Assembly: GCA_946546175.1 (NCBI GenBank)
Contig: CAMNNY010000144.1
Coordinates: 1-44,266, forward strand
Source of the DNA: an uncultured Bacteroidales bacterium
Lineage (GTDB): Bacteria > Bacteroidota > Bacteroidia > Bacteroidales > UBA932
Reading direction: 5' to 3'
Length of the DNA stretch: 44,266 nucleotides
Shown here: positions 17,330 to 30,661 of the stretch, in pieces
Numbering within the stretch: the stretch's first letter is position 1
Layout of the letters: each line of letters begins with the position of its first letter
Notes under the pieces: model-generated
What the model saw: the letters and a program-made list of their open reading frames with translations, nothing else
Told to the model about the DNA's origin: nothing
Databases searched by the model: none
Position numbers and translations under genes: made by a program

Positions 17330-18079
17330 CTATTCAGCCGGTTTCATTGTGGTGTAGACATTGGTGACATCCTCGTCGTCTTCGAGCAGGCCGGTGAGCT
17401 TCTCCAATGTCGCCCTCTGCTCGGGTGTGACATCCTTGAGCTCGGTTGTCGGGATTCGCTCGAAACCTCCGGAGATGAGTTCGTATCCGTTGTCTTCGAT
17501 ATACTTCTGGATCTGACCGTAGGAGGTATAGTCGCCGTAGATGACCACCACCTTGGTCTCGTTGTCGTCCTTGTCCACTTCAATCTCCTCGAAGAGCTCG
17601 TCGACGCCGTAGTCGATCATCTCGAGCTCGAGTTCCTCAAGGTCGAGGCCTTCGGTCTCCTTGATGCGGAACACGCATTTGTGGTCGAACATGAAAGCGA
17701 CGCTGCCGCTGGTGCCGAGGGTGCCGCCGCATTTGTTAAAGTAGCTGCGCACGTTGGCGACCGTACGGGTAGTATTGTCTGTCGCAGTCTCGACAAGGTA
17801 CGCGATACCGAAAGGACCGTAGCCTTCGTAGACAACCTCCTTGAAGTCGCCCTGCTTGCTTTCGGTCGCCTTCTTGATGGCGCGCTCGATATTCTCCTTA
17901 GGCATCTGCTCGGCGCGGGCCTCAGCCATGAGGGCGCGAAGACGCGGGTTGCCGGTTACGTCCGGGCCGCCCTGCTTCACTGCGATGGTGATTTCCTTAC
18001 CGAGTTTGGTGAAGGTGCGGGCCATGTGGCCCCATCTTTTCAACTTACGTTCCTTGCGGAACTCAAAAGCTCTTCCCAT
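17330..18079 (-). CDS. yebC: YebC/PmpR family protein
   Basis: MGRAFEFRK, NPRLR, MPKENIERAIKKA, YEGYGP and LEDDEDVTNVY. Confidence 0.93.
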   Translation of the reverse strand: MGRAFEFRKERKLKRWGHMARTFTKLGKEITIAVKQGGPDVTGNPRLRALMAEARAEQMPKENIERAIKKATESKQGDFKEVVYEGYGPFGIAYLVETATDNTTRTVANVRSYFNKCGGTLGTSGSVAFMFDHKCVFRIKETEGLDLEELELEMIDYGVDELFEEIEVDKDDNETKVVVIYGDYTSYGQIQKYIEDNGYELISGGFERIPTTELKDVTPEQRATLEKLTGLLEDDEDVTNVYTTMKPAE

Positions 18080-18085
18080 AGGATA

Positions 18086-18757
18086 CTACTTTGCCTTGTT
18101 GATGTATTTGTCGACTTCGTAACCCTCGATGCTCTGGGGGTACTTCTCCTTGATGGTTTCGAAAACCTTGAGGGCTTTGTCGTTCTGACCGAGCTGGAGG
18201 TAGACCTGGCCGGCCTTCAGAAGGTAAGCGGCTGCGAACATGTTGTCTGCCTTGGCAGCTGCCTTCTCGTAAAGGGCCACAGCCTTTGTGTAGTCCTCGA
18301 GAGCGCTGTAGCAGTCGCCCTGAAGGGCAAGTGCGCGGGCTGCGAGGATGGGCTCCTTGCCGTTATATTTCTTAAGATAGGTAAGGGCATCTTCCCAGTT
18401 GCCGAGCTGAGCGTTGCATGCGCCGGCGTAGAGATAGACGGACTTGCCGGCCTTTGCGCCGTACTGGTCGATGATGTCCTCAAAACCGAGCACATTGCCG
18501 TCGCCCTTGAGTGCGAGTTCGAACTCACCCTGCTGGAAGTTGAGTTCTGCGGGGAAAGCAGCCTCCTGAGCCTCCTTGGCGGCCGGAGCATAGATGAACT
18601 TGGCGTAGCCGAGGATACCGAGACCCACTACGAGAACGCAAATGATTACTCCCCAGATTGTTTTCTTGTGCTGGTTGTAAAACTCTTCGGTCTTTGAAAT
18701 GGACTCTGCCACTTCCTCCTGCCTGAGTTTTTCTTCTTTCGTGTTTTTGGTTGCCAT
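18086..18757 (-). CDS. Membrane-anchored TPR protein (YfgM-like)
   Basis: A single TM helix followed by TPR repeats. Start set at MATKNTK. Confidence 0.8.
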   Translation of the reverse strand: MATKNTKEEKLRQEEVAESISKTEEFYNQHKKTIWGVIICVLVVGLGILGYAKFIYAPAAKEAQEAAFPAELNFQQGEFELALKGDGNVLGFEDIIDQYGAKAGKSVYLYAGACNAQLGNWEDALTYLKKYNGKEPILAARALALQGDCYSALEDYTKAVALYEKAAAKADNMFAAAYLLKAGQVYLQLGQNDKALKVFETIKEKYPQSIEGYEVDKYINKAK

Positions 18758-18872
18758 ATAGTAGTAATTTTGATTTTCTTCAAAAAAGCCCACAAAAATA
18801 CTCAATTCTGACAAATTTTGCAATAAGGACACAATTTGATATATTTGTAGTGTTAGAATCTAAATCGACAAA

Positions 18873-21800
18873 ATGATGAAAAGGACCATCACCACTTTGA
18901 GCGCCATTCTTCTCGGCGTGGCTCTCCTCGCCCAGAACGCCCCGCTGTGGCTGCGCAAGAGTTCAATCTCCCCCGACGGACAGACTATAGCATTCAGTTA
19001 CCAGGGAGACATCTTCACCGTGCCCAGCGCCGGAGGAGAAGCAAAGCAGATTACGGCCAACGCCGCTTACGACTCCGATCCCCTCTGGACCACAGACGGC
19101 AAGCAGATAGTGTTCAGCTCGATGCGTGAGCTCTCGAAAGACATCTGGATCGTCCCGGCCGGAGGCGGCGCAGCCAGACGCCTTACGACATATCCCGGAG
19201 CCGAGGTTCCCCTTTCGGTGTCCAAAGACGGCCTGGTTTATTTTGCCGCATCCATCCAGGCCGACCCGCTTTACGACGGATTCCCCGGTGATCCCCAGGT
19301 TTATACGGTAAGCATCAAAGACGGCAACGTAAGACAGCTTACCTCCATCCCGATGATGAACCTTTCCGTAAACGGCAGCGGCGTAGTGATCTACGAAGAC
19401 TACAAAGGCTACGAAGATCCCCTCCGCAAGCACCACACCTCGTCGGTGACCCGCGACATATGGAAATTCACTCCTAAGAAGGGACAGTTCCAAAAACTCA
19501 CCACCTTCGAAGGCGAAGACCGCAACCCCGTCTTCACCAAAGACGGACGCGAGTTCTACTTCCTCAGCGAGAAGAGCGGCAACATCAATGTCTGGCACGG
19601 GATTCTTTCGGCCCCTGAAGCCATCGACCAGGTGACCGACCTGCCGACTCACCCTGTCCGCAACCTCTCGGTTTCGCAGACCGGCGTTCTCGCCTTCTCC
19701 TACAACGGAGAGCTCTACACCTGCACTCCCGGACAGGCACCCGTCAAGGTTGCCATCACCATCACCAAAGACACCAACGAGCGCGAGAAGATCCGCCGCA
19801 ATATCTCCGACGGAGCCTCCGCCCTCGCAGTCAGCCCCAACGGCAAGGAGATCGCTATCGTAGCCCATGGCGACGTCTATGTGATCGCTCCCGAGCAGAA
19901 AGCGAGCCGCCGTATCACAGACACTCCCGAGCAGGAGCGCGGCGTGAGCTTCGGCAAAGACGGCAAGTCGCTCTACTATGCTGCCGAGCGCGACGGAGAG
20001 TGGGCCATCTGGAAGACCGAACTCACCAAGAAAGACGACAAATACCTCACCTTCAGCTACGAGACCAAGGAAACCCGCTTCACAAAGAAGGGCCAGACCT
20101 GCTTCCAGCCTCAGGTGTCGCCCGACGGCAAATGGGTCGCCTTCCTTCGCGACAGGACCGAAATCGTGATCAAGAGCACCGACGGCGGCAAGGAGAAGTC
20201 GCTTCTCAAGGGAGTCAACTACTCCTACCAGGACGGCGATCAGGACTTCGAGTGGAGCCCCGACAGCAAGTCCATCCTTACGGGATATCAGGCGAACGGC
20301 GGATGGAACAACACCGACATCGCCCTGATCGACATCGAAAAAGGAACTGTTACCAACCTTACCCAGAGCGGCTACTCTGACGGAGGATTCCGCTGGGCTC
20401 TCGGCGGCAAGGCCATGATCTGGAGTTCCGACAAGAACGGCTACCGCAGCCACGGCAGCTGGGGCTCAGAAGACGATATCTACGCCATGTTCTTCGACGC
20501 CAAGACCTACGGAGAATTCGTCCGCAGCAAAAACGACGAAAGTATAGCCAAACTCCTTGCACCCCAGGACAACAAAGACGCCAAGAAGGACTCCGGCAAG
20601 AAAAAAGACAAGAAAGACAGCACCAAAGTCGAAGAGCCCCAGGTCGCGCTCGATCTCGAGGGCATCGAAGACCGCATGGTCCGTCTCACCCCATACTCCA
20701 GCCGCTACGGCGACTATTTCCTTAACTCCGACGGCACCAAGCTCTACTTCGTAAGGCGCGGCGACAAGGGCAGCGACATCTGCAGCCTCGACATCAAGGA
20801 GCGTGAGATCAAGGTAGTAAGGCCCGGGGCCGGCGGCCGCTTCTTCCCCTCAAAAGACGGCAAGACAGTATATATAGTCGGCCGCGGCATCAGCAAGATG
20901 AGCCTTCCTTCGGAAAAAGTCGAACCGGTAGTATTCTCCAACGAGTATTACTATCAGCCCGCAGCCGAGCGTGCCTACATCTTTGGCCACGCATGGAAAC
21001 AGGTCAACGAAAAGTTCTACGACAAGGCCATCCACGGCCTCGACTGGGCTTCGATGAAGACCAACTACGAGAAGTTCCTGCCCTACATCACCAACAACTT
21101 CGACTTCCAGGACCTCCTGAGCGAGATGCTCGGCGAGCTCAACGGCTCCCACACCGGCGCACGCTACCGCAGCGGCTCCCCTCTCAATGTGGGTCACCTC
21201 GGAGTCCTGTTCGCAGCTGACGCCAAAGGCAAGGGCCTCACAATCGCAGAGATCCTGCCCGGAAGCGTTCTTGCCATCGCAGATCCCGATATCAAGGCGG
21301 GCGACGTGATTCTCGCCATCGACGGCAAGGAGATCGAAGAAGGCACGCAGTGGTATGATGCGCTTCTGGACAAAGCAGGCGACAGAATACTTCTCAAGGT
21401 CAAGAAGGGCAAGACCGAGACCGAGCTGTTCGTCACGGCAACAAGGTCCGATGCCGACGGTCTCTACAAGAGGTGGGTACGCCAGCGCGAAAAGATGGTC
21501 GAGACCCTCTCCGGCGGCCGCGTGGGCTATGTCCATGTCCAAGGCATGGACTCCCCTAGCTTCCGCGAAGTCTACTCCAAGGCTCTCGGCAAGTACCGCG
21601 GATGCGAAGCCCTCATAGTCGACACCCGCCACAACGGAGGCGGCTGGCTCCACGACGACCTCGCCACCTTCCTTTCGGGCAAGGCATACCTGGAGTTCCG
21701 TCCCCGCGGGCAGTACATCGGCACAGAGCCTTACAGCAAGTGGACCAAGCCCAGCTGCGTGCTTATCGGCGAAGACAACTACTCCGACGCATGCGGATTC

Positions 21801-22085
21801 CCCTACGTCTACAAGACCCTCGGAATCGGCAAGCTTATCGGCGCCCCCGTGCCCGGCACCATGACCGCAGTCTGGTGGGAGACCCAGATCGATCCTACCC
21901 TCATCTTCGGTATCCCTCAGGTCACAAGCTGGGGACTCGCAGAGAACCGCGCACTCGAAAACCTGCAGATTGAACCCGATATTCTGGTTTACAACACTCC
22001 TGAGAGCATGCTCGAAGGAAAAGACCTCCAGCTCGAGGCCGCAGTTAAGGAAATGCTTCAGCAGATAGATGCAAACAAAAAGTAG
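18873..22085 (+). CDS. Tricorn-like S41 protease
   Basis: Signal peptide, PD40/TolB beta-propeller repeats (SPDG), MLGELNGSHTG, a PDZ domain, DTRHNGGG, NYSDA and IEPDI. TATATTTG box at 18840-18847. Confidence 0.92.
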   Translation: MMKRTITTLSAILLGVALLAQNAPLWLRKSSISPDGQTIAFSYQGDIFTVPSAGGEAKQITANAAYDSDPLWTTDGKQIVFSSMRELSKDIWIVPAGGGAARRLTTYPGAEVPLSVSKDGLVYFAASIQADPLYDGFPGDPQVYTVSIKDGNVRQLTSIPMMNLSVNGSGVVIYEDYKGYEDPLRKHHTSSVTRDIWKFTPKKGQFQKLTTFEGEDRNPVFTKDGREFYFLSEKSGNINVWHGILSAPEAIDQVTDLPTHPVRNLSVSQTGVLAFSYNGELYTCTPGQAPVKVAITITKDTNEREKIRRNISDGASALAVSPNGKEIAIVAHGDVYVIAPEQKASRRITDTPEQERGVSFGKDGKSLYYAAERDGEWAIWKTELTKKDDKYLTFSYETKETRFTKKGQTCFQPQVSPDGKWVAFLRDRTEIVIKSTDGGKEKSLLKGVNYSYQDGDQDFEWSPDSKSILTGYQANGGWNNTDIALIDIEKGTVTNLTQSGYSDGGFRWALGGKAMIWSSDKNGYRSHGSWGSEDDIYAMFFDAKTYGEFVRSKNDESIAKLLAPQDNKDAKKDSGKKKDKKDSTKVEEPQVALDLEGIEDRMVRLTPYSSRYGDYFLNSDGTKLYFVRRGDKGSDICSLDIKEREIKVVRPGAGGRFFPSKDGKTVYIVGRGISKMSLPSEKVEPVVFSNEYYYQPAAERAYIFGHAWKQVNEKFYDKAIHGLDWASMKTNYEKFLPYITNNFDFQDLLSEMLGELNGSHTGARYRSGSPLNVGHLGVLFAADAKGKGLTIAEILPGSVLAIADPDIKAGDVILAIDGKEIEEGTQWYDALLDKAGDRILLKVKKGKTETELFVTATRSDADGLYKRWVRQREKMVETLSGGRVGYVHVQGMDSPSFREVYSKALGKYRGCEALIVDTRHNGGGWLHDDLATFLSGKAYLEFRPRGQYIGTEPYSKWTKPSCVLIGEDNYSDACGFPYVYKTLGIGKLIGAPVPGTMTAVWWETQIDPTLIFGIPQVTSWGLAENRALENLQIEPDILVYNTPESMLEGKDLQLEAAVKEMLQQIDANKK

Positions 22086-22791
22086 TAAACTCGTAATCAT
22101 ACCGACCTACAACGAGATCGAAAACGCAGAGCGTATCATCCGCGCCGTTTTCGGTCTCGAGGGCGGTTACCATATCCTGATCATCGACGACGGCTCCCCA
22201 GACGGGACCGCAGAAGCAGTAAAGTCCCTCCAGGGCGAGTTCGAAGGCCGGCTCCACCTTATCGAGCGCAGCGGCAAACTCGGCCTGGGCACCGCCTACA
22301 TCACCGGCTTCAAATGGGCTCTCGAGAAGGGCTACGACTACATCTTCGAGATGGACGCCGACTTTTCCCACGATCCGGCCGACCTTCCGCGCCTTCTCGA
22401 CGCATGTGAAAGCGGCGGAGCCGATTTCGCGATCGGATCGCGCTATGCCGACGGCGTGAGCGTGGTCAACTGGCCTATCGGGCGTATCATCATGTCGTAC
22501 TACGCTTCAGTCTACACCCGCACGATACTCGGCACAAAGATCATGGACAGCACGGCAGGCTTCCTCTGCTATTCGCGAAGGGTCCTCGAGGGGATCAATC
22601 TCGACGCAGTTAGGATGAAGGGCTACGGCTTCCAGATCGAGATGAAGTATACCGCTGTCAAGAAAGGCTTCAAGGTCGCAGAGGTACCGGTCATCTTCGT
22701 CAACCGCAAAGCTGGCAGTTCGAAGATGTCGGGAGGGATCTTCGGCGAAGCATTCTGGGGCGTCATTGCTCTGAGATTCAGGAAATTCTGA
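22069..22791 (+). CDS. GT2 polyprenol-monophosphomannose synthase (DPM1-like)
   Basis: IIPTYNE, DDGSPDGT, GLGTAY, EMDADFSH and GYGFQIEM. Confidence 0.92.
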   Translation: MQTKSSKLVIIPTYNEIENAERIIRAVFGLEGGYHILIIDDGSPDGTAEAVKSLQGEFEGRLHLIERSGKLGLGTAYITGFKWALEKGYDYIFEMDADFSHDPADLPRLLDACESGGADFAIGSRYADGVSVVNWPIGRIIMSYYASVYTRTILGTKIMDSTAGFLCYSRRVLEGINLDAVRMKGYGFQIEMKYTAVKKGFKVAEVPVIFVNRKAGSSKMSGGIFGEAFWGVIALRFRKF

Positions 22792-24932
22792 TGAAAAAAC
22801 ACTACATAAACTTCATTGCGGAGCACTGCTCCCTGAAGGACTGGCAGATCGAAAACTGCGTCATGATGTTTGAGGATGGAAACACCATCCCCTTCATCAG
22901 CCGCTACCGCAAGGAAAAAACCGGCGGGATGGACGACGCCCAGGTAGCTGAAGTGAAGCACTGGGCCGACGTGTTCGCCGAGATGGAAAAGCGCAAGGAG
23001 ACCGTGGTCGGAGCCATCGAGGCAGCCGGCGCGCTCACCGACGAACTTCGCCGTACGATCGAGAAATGCGTCTCCTCCACCGAACTCGAAGACATCTACC
23101 TCCCCTACCGCCCCAAGCGCAGGACCAGGGCGACCGTCGCCAAAGAGCTCGGCCTTGAGCCCCTTGCCGATGCGATGTGGGATGTTCGCACCTCGGATCC
23201 CGCCGCCAGCGCCGCCAAATTCGTCGGCGACAAGGTAGGAAGCGTCGAGGACGCTCTCGCCGGAGCCCGCGACATCATCGCAGAGCGCCTTAGCGAAACC
23301 GCCTCCATACGTGAAAAACTCCGCACCGTCTACCGCAGCCGCAGGGTCGTCTCGAGCGTGACCAAAGCCGCAAAAGACAATCCCGAAGCCGACAAATACC
23401 GCAGCTATTTCAATTTCTCGATGCCGCTGCAGCGTATTCCTGCCCACAACCTGCTGGCGATGCTGAGGGCCGAGAACGAAGGCTTCCTCAGCATAGGGAT
23501 CGACGCCGACCCCGAGCGCTGCTCCGACGATGTCTACTACGGCTTCTGCCGCGAACACGGAAGGCCCTCCCCCGCCCTTTCGGCCCAGATACGCACGGCC
23601 AGCGAAGACGCATTCGAGCGGCTTCTCGACCCTTCGATCACCAACAGCGTGCTGAAAGAAGCCAAGCAGAAGGCCGATATCGAGTCTATCAAAGTGTTCG
23701 GCGAGAACCTCCGCCAGCTTCTTCTGAGCCCGCCCGTCGGGCAGAAACGCACCATGGCGATCGACCCGGGCTTCCGCAACGGCTGCAAGATCGCCATCCT
23801 CGACGAGTACGGCCAGCTGCTGCACCACACCATCATCTTCCCCCACCCGCCCCAGAGCGAGAAAGTCAAGTCGCTCGTGGCAGTCCAGGAGATGATCGAA
23901 AAGTACAGGGTCGAAGCCATCGCCATCGGAAACGGCACCGCCAGCCGCGAGACGGAGGACTTCATGAAAAAGATTGTTCTCCCCGAAGGATGCAAGGTCT
24001 GGACCGTCAGCGAAGACGGAGCCAGCATCTACAGCGCCTCGGAAGTCGCCCGCAAGGAGATGCCCGACCAGGATGTCACGGTCCGCGGCGCAGTCAGTAT
24101 CGGACGCCGGCTCATGGACCCTCTAGCAGAGCTCGTCAAGATTGACCCCAAGAACCTCGGAATCGGCCAGTACCAGCACGACGTGGACCAGGCTCTCCTC
24201 AAGGAAAAACTCGACAATACGGTAGAGTATTGCGTGAACTCCGTAGGAGTCAACCTCAACACCGCTTCGCCCTATCTCCTCGCCTATGTGGCCGGGATCG
24301 GCCCGTCGCTTGCCGAGAACATAGTTGCATACCGCAACAGCGCCGGCGGATTTACGAGCCGCGCCGAGCTCATGAAGGTCCCGCGCCTTGGCGCCAAGGC
24401 CTTCGAGCAGTGCGCTGGATTCCTGCGTATTCGCGGCGGCTCCAACCCGCTCGATTCCAGCGCCGTCCACCCGGAGTCCTACGGGATCGTGGACAAGATG
24501 GCCCGCGACCTCGGAGTCACCGCACGCGAACTGGTCGGCAACGAACAGCTGTGCCGCAAGATCAAGGCCGAAGACTATGTCACGGCAGACAAAGGACTTC
24601 CTACTATCAACGATATCCTGAAAGAACTTGCAAAACCGGGGCTCGACCCGCGCGAGCAGGCTTCAGAATTCAGTTTCGCGGACGATGTCCACGACATCTC
24701 CGACCTCAAGACCGGCATGGAACTCCCGGGTATCGTTACCAACATCACCAACTTCGGAGCTTTCGTCGACATAGGTCTCCACGAGAACGGCCTCATCCAC
24801 GTCTCCCAGATGGGCGTACGCGGTCCTGTCGACCCCACCAAGGTCGTCCGACTCCACCAGCACGTCACCGTCGAAGTCGTCAGCGTCGACCAAGAGCGCA
24901 AGCGAATCGGCCTGCGGCTGAAAAAAATGTAA
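22791..24932 (+). CDS. tex: Tex family RNA-binding transcription accessory protein
   Basis: TIPFISRYRKEKTG, LEDIYLPYRPKRRTRA, DPGFRNGCK, GNGTASRE, HhH repeats and an S1 domain. Confidence 0.95.
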   Translation: MKKHYINFIAEHCSLKDWQIENCVMMFEDGNTIPFISRYRKEKTGGMDDAQVAEVKHWADVFAEMEKRKETVVGAIEAAGALTDELRRTIEKCVSSTELEDIYLPYRPKRRTRATVAKELGLEPLADAMWDVRTSDPAASAAKFVGDKVGSVEDALAGARDIIAERLSETASIREKLRTVYRSRRVVSSVTKAAKDNPEADKYRSYFNFSMPLQRIPAHNLLAMLRAENEGFLSIGIDADPERCSDDVYYGFCREHGRPSPALSAQIRTASEDAFERLLDPSITNSVLKEAKQKADIESIKVFGENLRQLLLSPPVGQKRTMAIDPGFRNGCKIAILDEYGQLLHHTIIFPHPPQSEKVKSLVAVQEMIEKYRVEAIAIGNGTASRETEDFMKKIVLPEGCKVWTVSEDGASIYSASEVARKEMPDQDVTVRGAVSIGRRLMDPLAELVKIDPKNLGIGQYQHDVDQALLKEKLDNTVEYCVNSVGVNLNTASPYLLAYVAGIGPSLAENIVAYRNSAGGFTSRAELMKVPRLGAKAFEQCAGFLRIRGGSNPLDSSAVHPESYGIVDKMARDLGVTARELVGNEQLCRKIKAEDYVTADKGLPTINDILKELAKPGLDPREQASEFSFADDVHDISDLKTGMELPGIVTNITNFGAFVDIGLHENGLIHVSQMGVRGPVDPTKVVRLHQHVTVEVVSVDQERKRIGLRLKKM

Positions 24933-24967
24933 TAGTTCCGAATATTTTTCTATCTTTGCACTCCCAA

Positions 24968-25040
24968 GCCACATTAGCTCAGTTGGTAGAGCATCGCATT
25001 CGTAACGCGAAGGTCAACAGTTCAAGCCTGTTATGTGGCT
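24968..25040 (+). tRNA. tRNA-Thr (anticodon CGT)
   Basis: Acceptor stem GCCACAT/ATGTGGC, D arm GCTCAGTTGGTAGAGC, anticodon loop TTCGTAA and T arm AACAG-TTCAAGC-CTGTT. CCA is not encoded. Promoter box TATCTTTG at 24951-24958. Confidence 0.95.
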
Positions 25041-25041
25041 C

Positions 25042-25078
25042 AAGAAGAGCCGGCCAGTTTCTCTGGCCGGCTCTTCTT
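25042..25078. terminator. Probable bidirectional terminator
   Basis: Perfect 16-bp stem AAGAAGAGCCGGCCAG/CTGGCCGGCTCTTCTT between the tRNA and the convergent GH2 gene. Confidence 0.85.
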
Positions 25079-25098
25079 CATTGTTTTGGGAGCTATTG

Positions 25099-27546
25099 CT
25101 ATTTGGTGCGGATAACGGCAGTCGATTCGGTGCCATAACCGCTTACACTAAGGGTCGCAGTCCCGCGATCACCGCGAAGAGAGCGCACCACGGCGAGAGC
25201 CTTGCCGCTGAAAAGAGCCTTGTCGTGGCCCTTGAGCGAGAGCGTGTCGGCGGCATTGCCGTTGTCGATGCCGACAAGTTCGCCGGCCCCTGTAACCTCA
25301 AAGTGAAGCATTGCGTCTGCCGTAGGCACGGCGAGTCCGTCGGCATCGACCGCCTCAACCGTGACATAACTCAGATCATACCCGTCTGCCGCTATCACGC
25401 TGCGGTCCGCAGTAAGCCGAAGCCCGACCGGCTCACCTGTTGTGCGACGCGACTCGCGCGCCACCTCGACTCCGTCTTTGTAAGAAACGGCCAGGATCTC
25501 ACCCGGCTCGAAAGGCACCTTCTGCCAGTTGCAGTGGAGCACGTCCGCAGTCTTTGACTGCCTGCCGAGCGAGCGGCCGTTGAGAAACAGTTCCACCTCG
25601 TCGGCATTGTTGTAGTAGGCCCATACGTCCACAAGATCGCCCTCCGACCAGTTCCAATGGGGGAAGAGATGCAGCACGGTTTCGTCCGTCCACTCAGACT
25701 TGTAGAGCCAGTATTGATCCTTGGGGAAACCGGCAAGGTCGACGATCCCGAAATACGAACTGCGCGATGGCCAGCTGTAGGGTGTGGGCTCGCCGAGGTA
25801 GTCGAATCCCGTCCAGATGAAGGTGCCGAACATATACTCGCGGTCGCGGATCGAGGTCCACGACTCTTCGTGGAGGCTGCTCCACGGAGCATGGCATGCA
25901 TCGTAGGCCGTGCACTGATGGTGCTCAGTCTCGTAGGTCTCCCACCAATGCTCAGGCAGCACCTCTATAGTGGTTGACGGCTGGAAATACACTCCCCTGC
26001 TGTTGAGGGCGGAGACAGTCTCCGAGCCAAACAGCGGCTTGTCGGGATACCACTCACGGCATTTGTCATAGTCCCACAGATGGTAATTGAATCCGTAGAC
26101 GTCGAAAGCGCCGCTCCTCAGAAGGTTGTTGGAGGGATCGGTCTCATTGCAGCCAGCACTTACGGGACGGGTGGGGTCAAGAGCCTTGACTATGCCCACA
26201 AGGTGGCGCGTAAGGCGGATATTGGGATTGTCGTCGGAAGCGTCTTTCTTGGGGAGCTTGCTCATGAAGTTCATCAGAAGGTTCGCCTGCTCGGCTGTCA
26301 GGTTTTTCACATCGTCGGAATCTGAATTCCACTGTTCGAGGATTTCGTTTCCGACGCTCCAGATCACGACGCAGGGATGGTTGCGGTCGCGGCGGATAAA
26401 ATCCGTCAGATCCTTCTCGTGCCACTCGTCGAAGAAACGGGCGTAGTCAAACTCGGTCTTGCGCTTGCGCCACATGTCGAAGGCCTCATCCATCACCATC
26501 ACACCCATTTCGTCGCAAAGCTCAAGGAGTTCCGGCGCGGGCGGATTGTGGGAAGTGCGTATCGCATTGACCCCCATGCCTTTGAGAATGGTTATCTGAC
26601 GCTCCAGCGCCCTGCGGTGGACGGCCGAACCGAGGCAGCCCTGGTCGTGGTGCAGGCAGACGCCGAGCATTTTCATCGGCTCGCCGTTAAGGGCGAAGCC
26701 GTGGTCTTTGTCGAAGCTGATGCTGCGGATGCCGAAGCGGGTGCGGTAGACATCGGTCAGACGACCGGCGCTGCGTACTTCGGTCACGAGAGTGTAGAGC
26801 GCGGGATCGTCGAGAGTCCAGAGGCGAGGTGAAGGCACGCTGAGCGTATCGGTCCCAAAAGCGACCTTGCGGCCGGCAGGGTCGAGCACGACGTTCGAGA
26901 CTTCGAATTCCACCCCGGAAGGGGCCTCGACCTCGACCTGAACAGCCACGAGCGCTTCTTCGGCACTGACGAGCGGCGTAGTCACATATGTGCCGTTGTA
27001 GGCTACGTGGACGGGATCGACAGTGACCAGACGGACATTGCGGTAGATTCCGCATCCGGCATACCAGCGGCTGTTGGGCTGGTCTTCGTTGTCGCAACGC
27101 ACGGCGATGAGGTTGTCGCCCGCCTTGAGTGCATCGGTGATATCATAGGAGTAAGACGAGTAACCGTAAGGGCGGGTGCCGACGTGCCGGCCGTTCACAT
27201 AGACGGACGCGTTCATAAACACCCCGTCGAACTCCACGAACACCCTCCGTCCGTCTGCCGGGGCGGTGAAATGCTTGCGATACCATCCGATACCGCCGGG
27301 CAGGGCGCCCCCTCCCGGAGTGGAAGGATTGTCCTTTGAGAAATCTCCCTCGACGGACCAGTCGTGGGGAAGGTGAAGACTGCGCCAGGCGGAATCGTCA
27401 AAACCGGGTTGGGAGTACTCCTGAGAGTCTCCAAGACTGAATCTCCAGTCGAAATTAAAATCTGATATGGTGCGCGGCGAATCGGGGGTGCAGGAAAAGA
27501 GTGCAAGCAGCGCCGCGGCGAGAGTCAAAACGACGGTCTTTTTCAT
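25099..27546 (-). CDS. GH2 beta-galactosidase-like lipoprotein (GalB/DUF4982 type)
   Basis: Lipobox LFSC, LPHDWS, SRWYAGCGIYR, IRTSHNPP, WSVGNE, GSET and WTGFDYLGEPTP. Start set at MKKTVV. Confidence 0.92.
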   Translation of the reverse strand: MKKTVVLTLAAALLALFSCTPDSPRTISDFNFDWRFSLGDSQEYSQPGFDDSAWRSLHLPHDWSVEGDFSKDNPSTPGGGALPGGIGWYRKHFTAPADGRRVFVEFDGVFMNASVYVNGRHVGTRPYGYSSYSYDITDALKAGDNLIAVRCDNEDQPNSRWYAGCGIYRNVRLVTVDPVHVAYNGTYVTTPLVSAEEALVAVQVEVEAPSGVEFEVSNVVLDPAGRKVAFGTDTLSVPSPRLWTLDDPALYTLVTEVRSAGRLTDVYRTRFGIRSISFDKDHGFALNGEPMKMLGVCLHHDQGCLGSAVHRRALERQITILKGMGVNAIRTSHNPPAPELLELCDEMGVMVMDEAFDMWRKRKTEFDYARFFDEWHEKDLTDFIRRDRNHPCVVIWSVGNEILEQWNSDSDDVKNLTAEQANLLMNFMSKLPKKDASDDNPNIRLTRHLVGIVKALDPTRPVSAGCNETDPSNNLLRSGAFDVYGFNYHLWDYDKCREWYPDKPLFGSETVSALNSRGVYFQPSTTIEVLPEHWWETYETEHHQCTAYDACHAPWSSLHEESWTSIRDREYMFGTFIWTGFDYLGEPTPYSWPSRSSYFGIVDLAGFPKDQYWLYKSEWTDETVLHLFPHWNWSEGDLVDVWAYYNNADEVELFLNGRSLGRQSKTADVLHCNWQKVPFEPGEILAVSYKDGVEVARESRRTTGEPVGLRLTADRSVIAADGYDLSYVTVEAVDADGLAVPTADAMLHFEVTGAGELVGIDNGNAADTLSLKGHDKALFSGKALAVVRSLRGDRGTATLSVSGYGTESTAVIRTK

Positions 27547-27580
27547 AATAAAGCAAAGATAGGTAATCTTTTTTTCATGA

Positions 27581-30658
<3,078 letters not shown>

Positions 30659-30661
30659 CAG

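Noticed and set aside
24968-25100. tRNA as an integration site for an island
   Set aside because: I saw no integrase and no duplicated tRNA 3' end, and the flanking genes look native.
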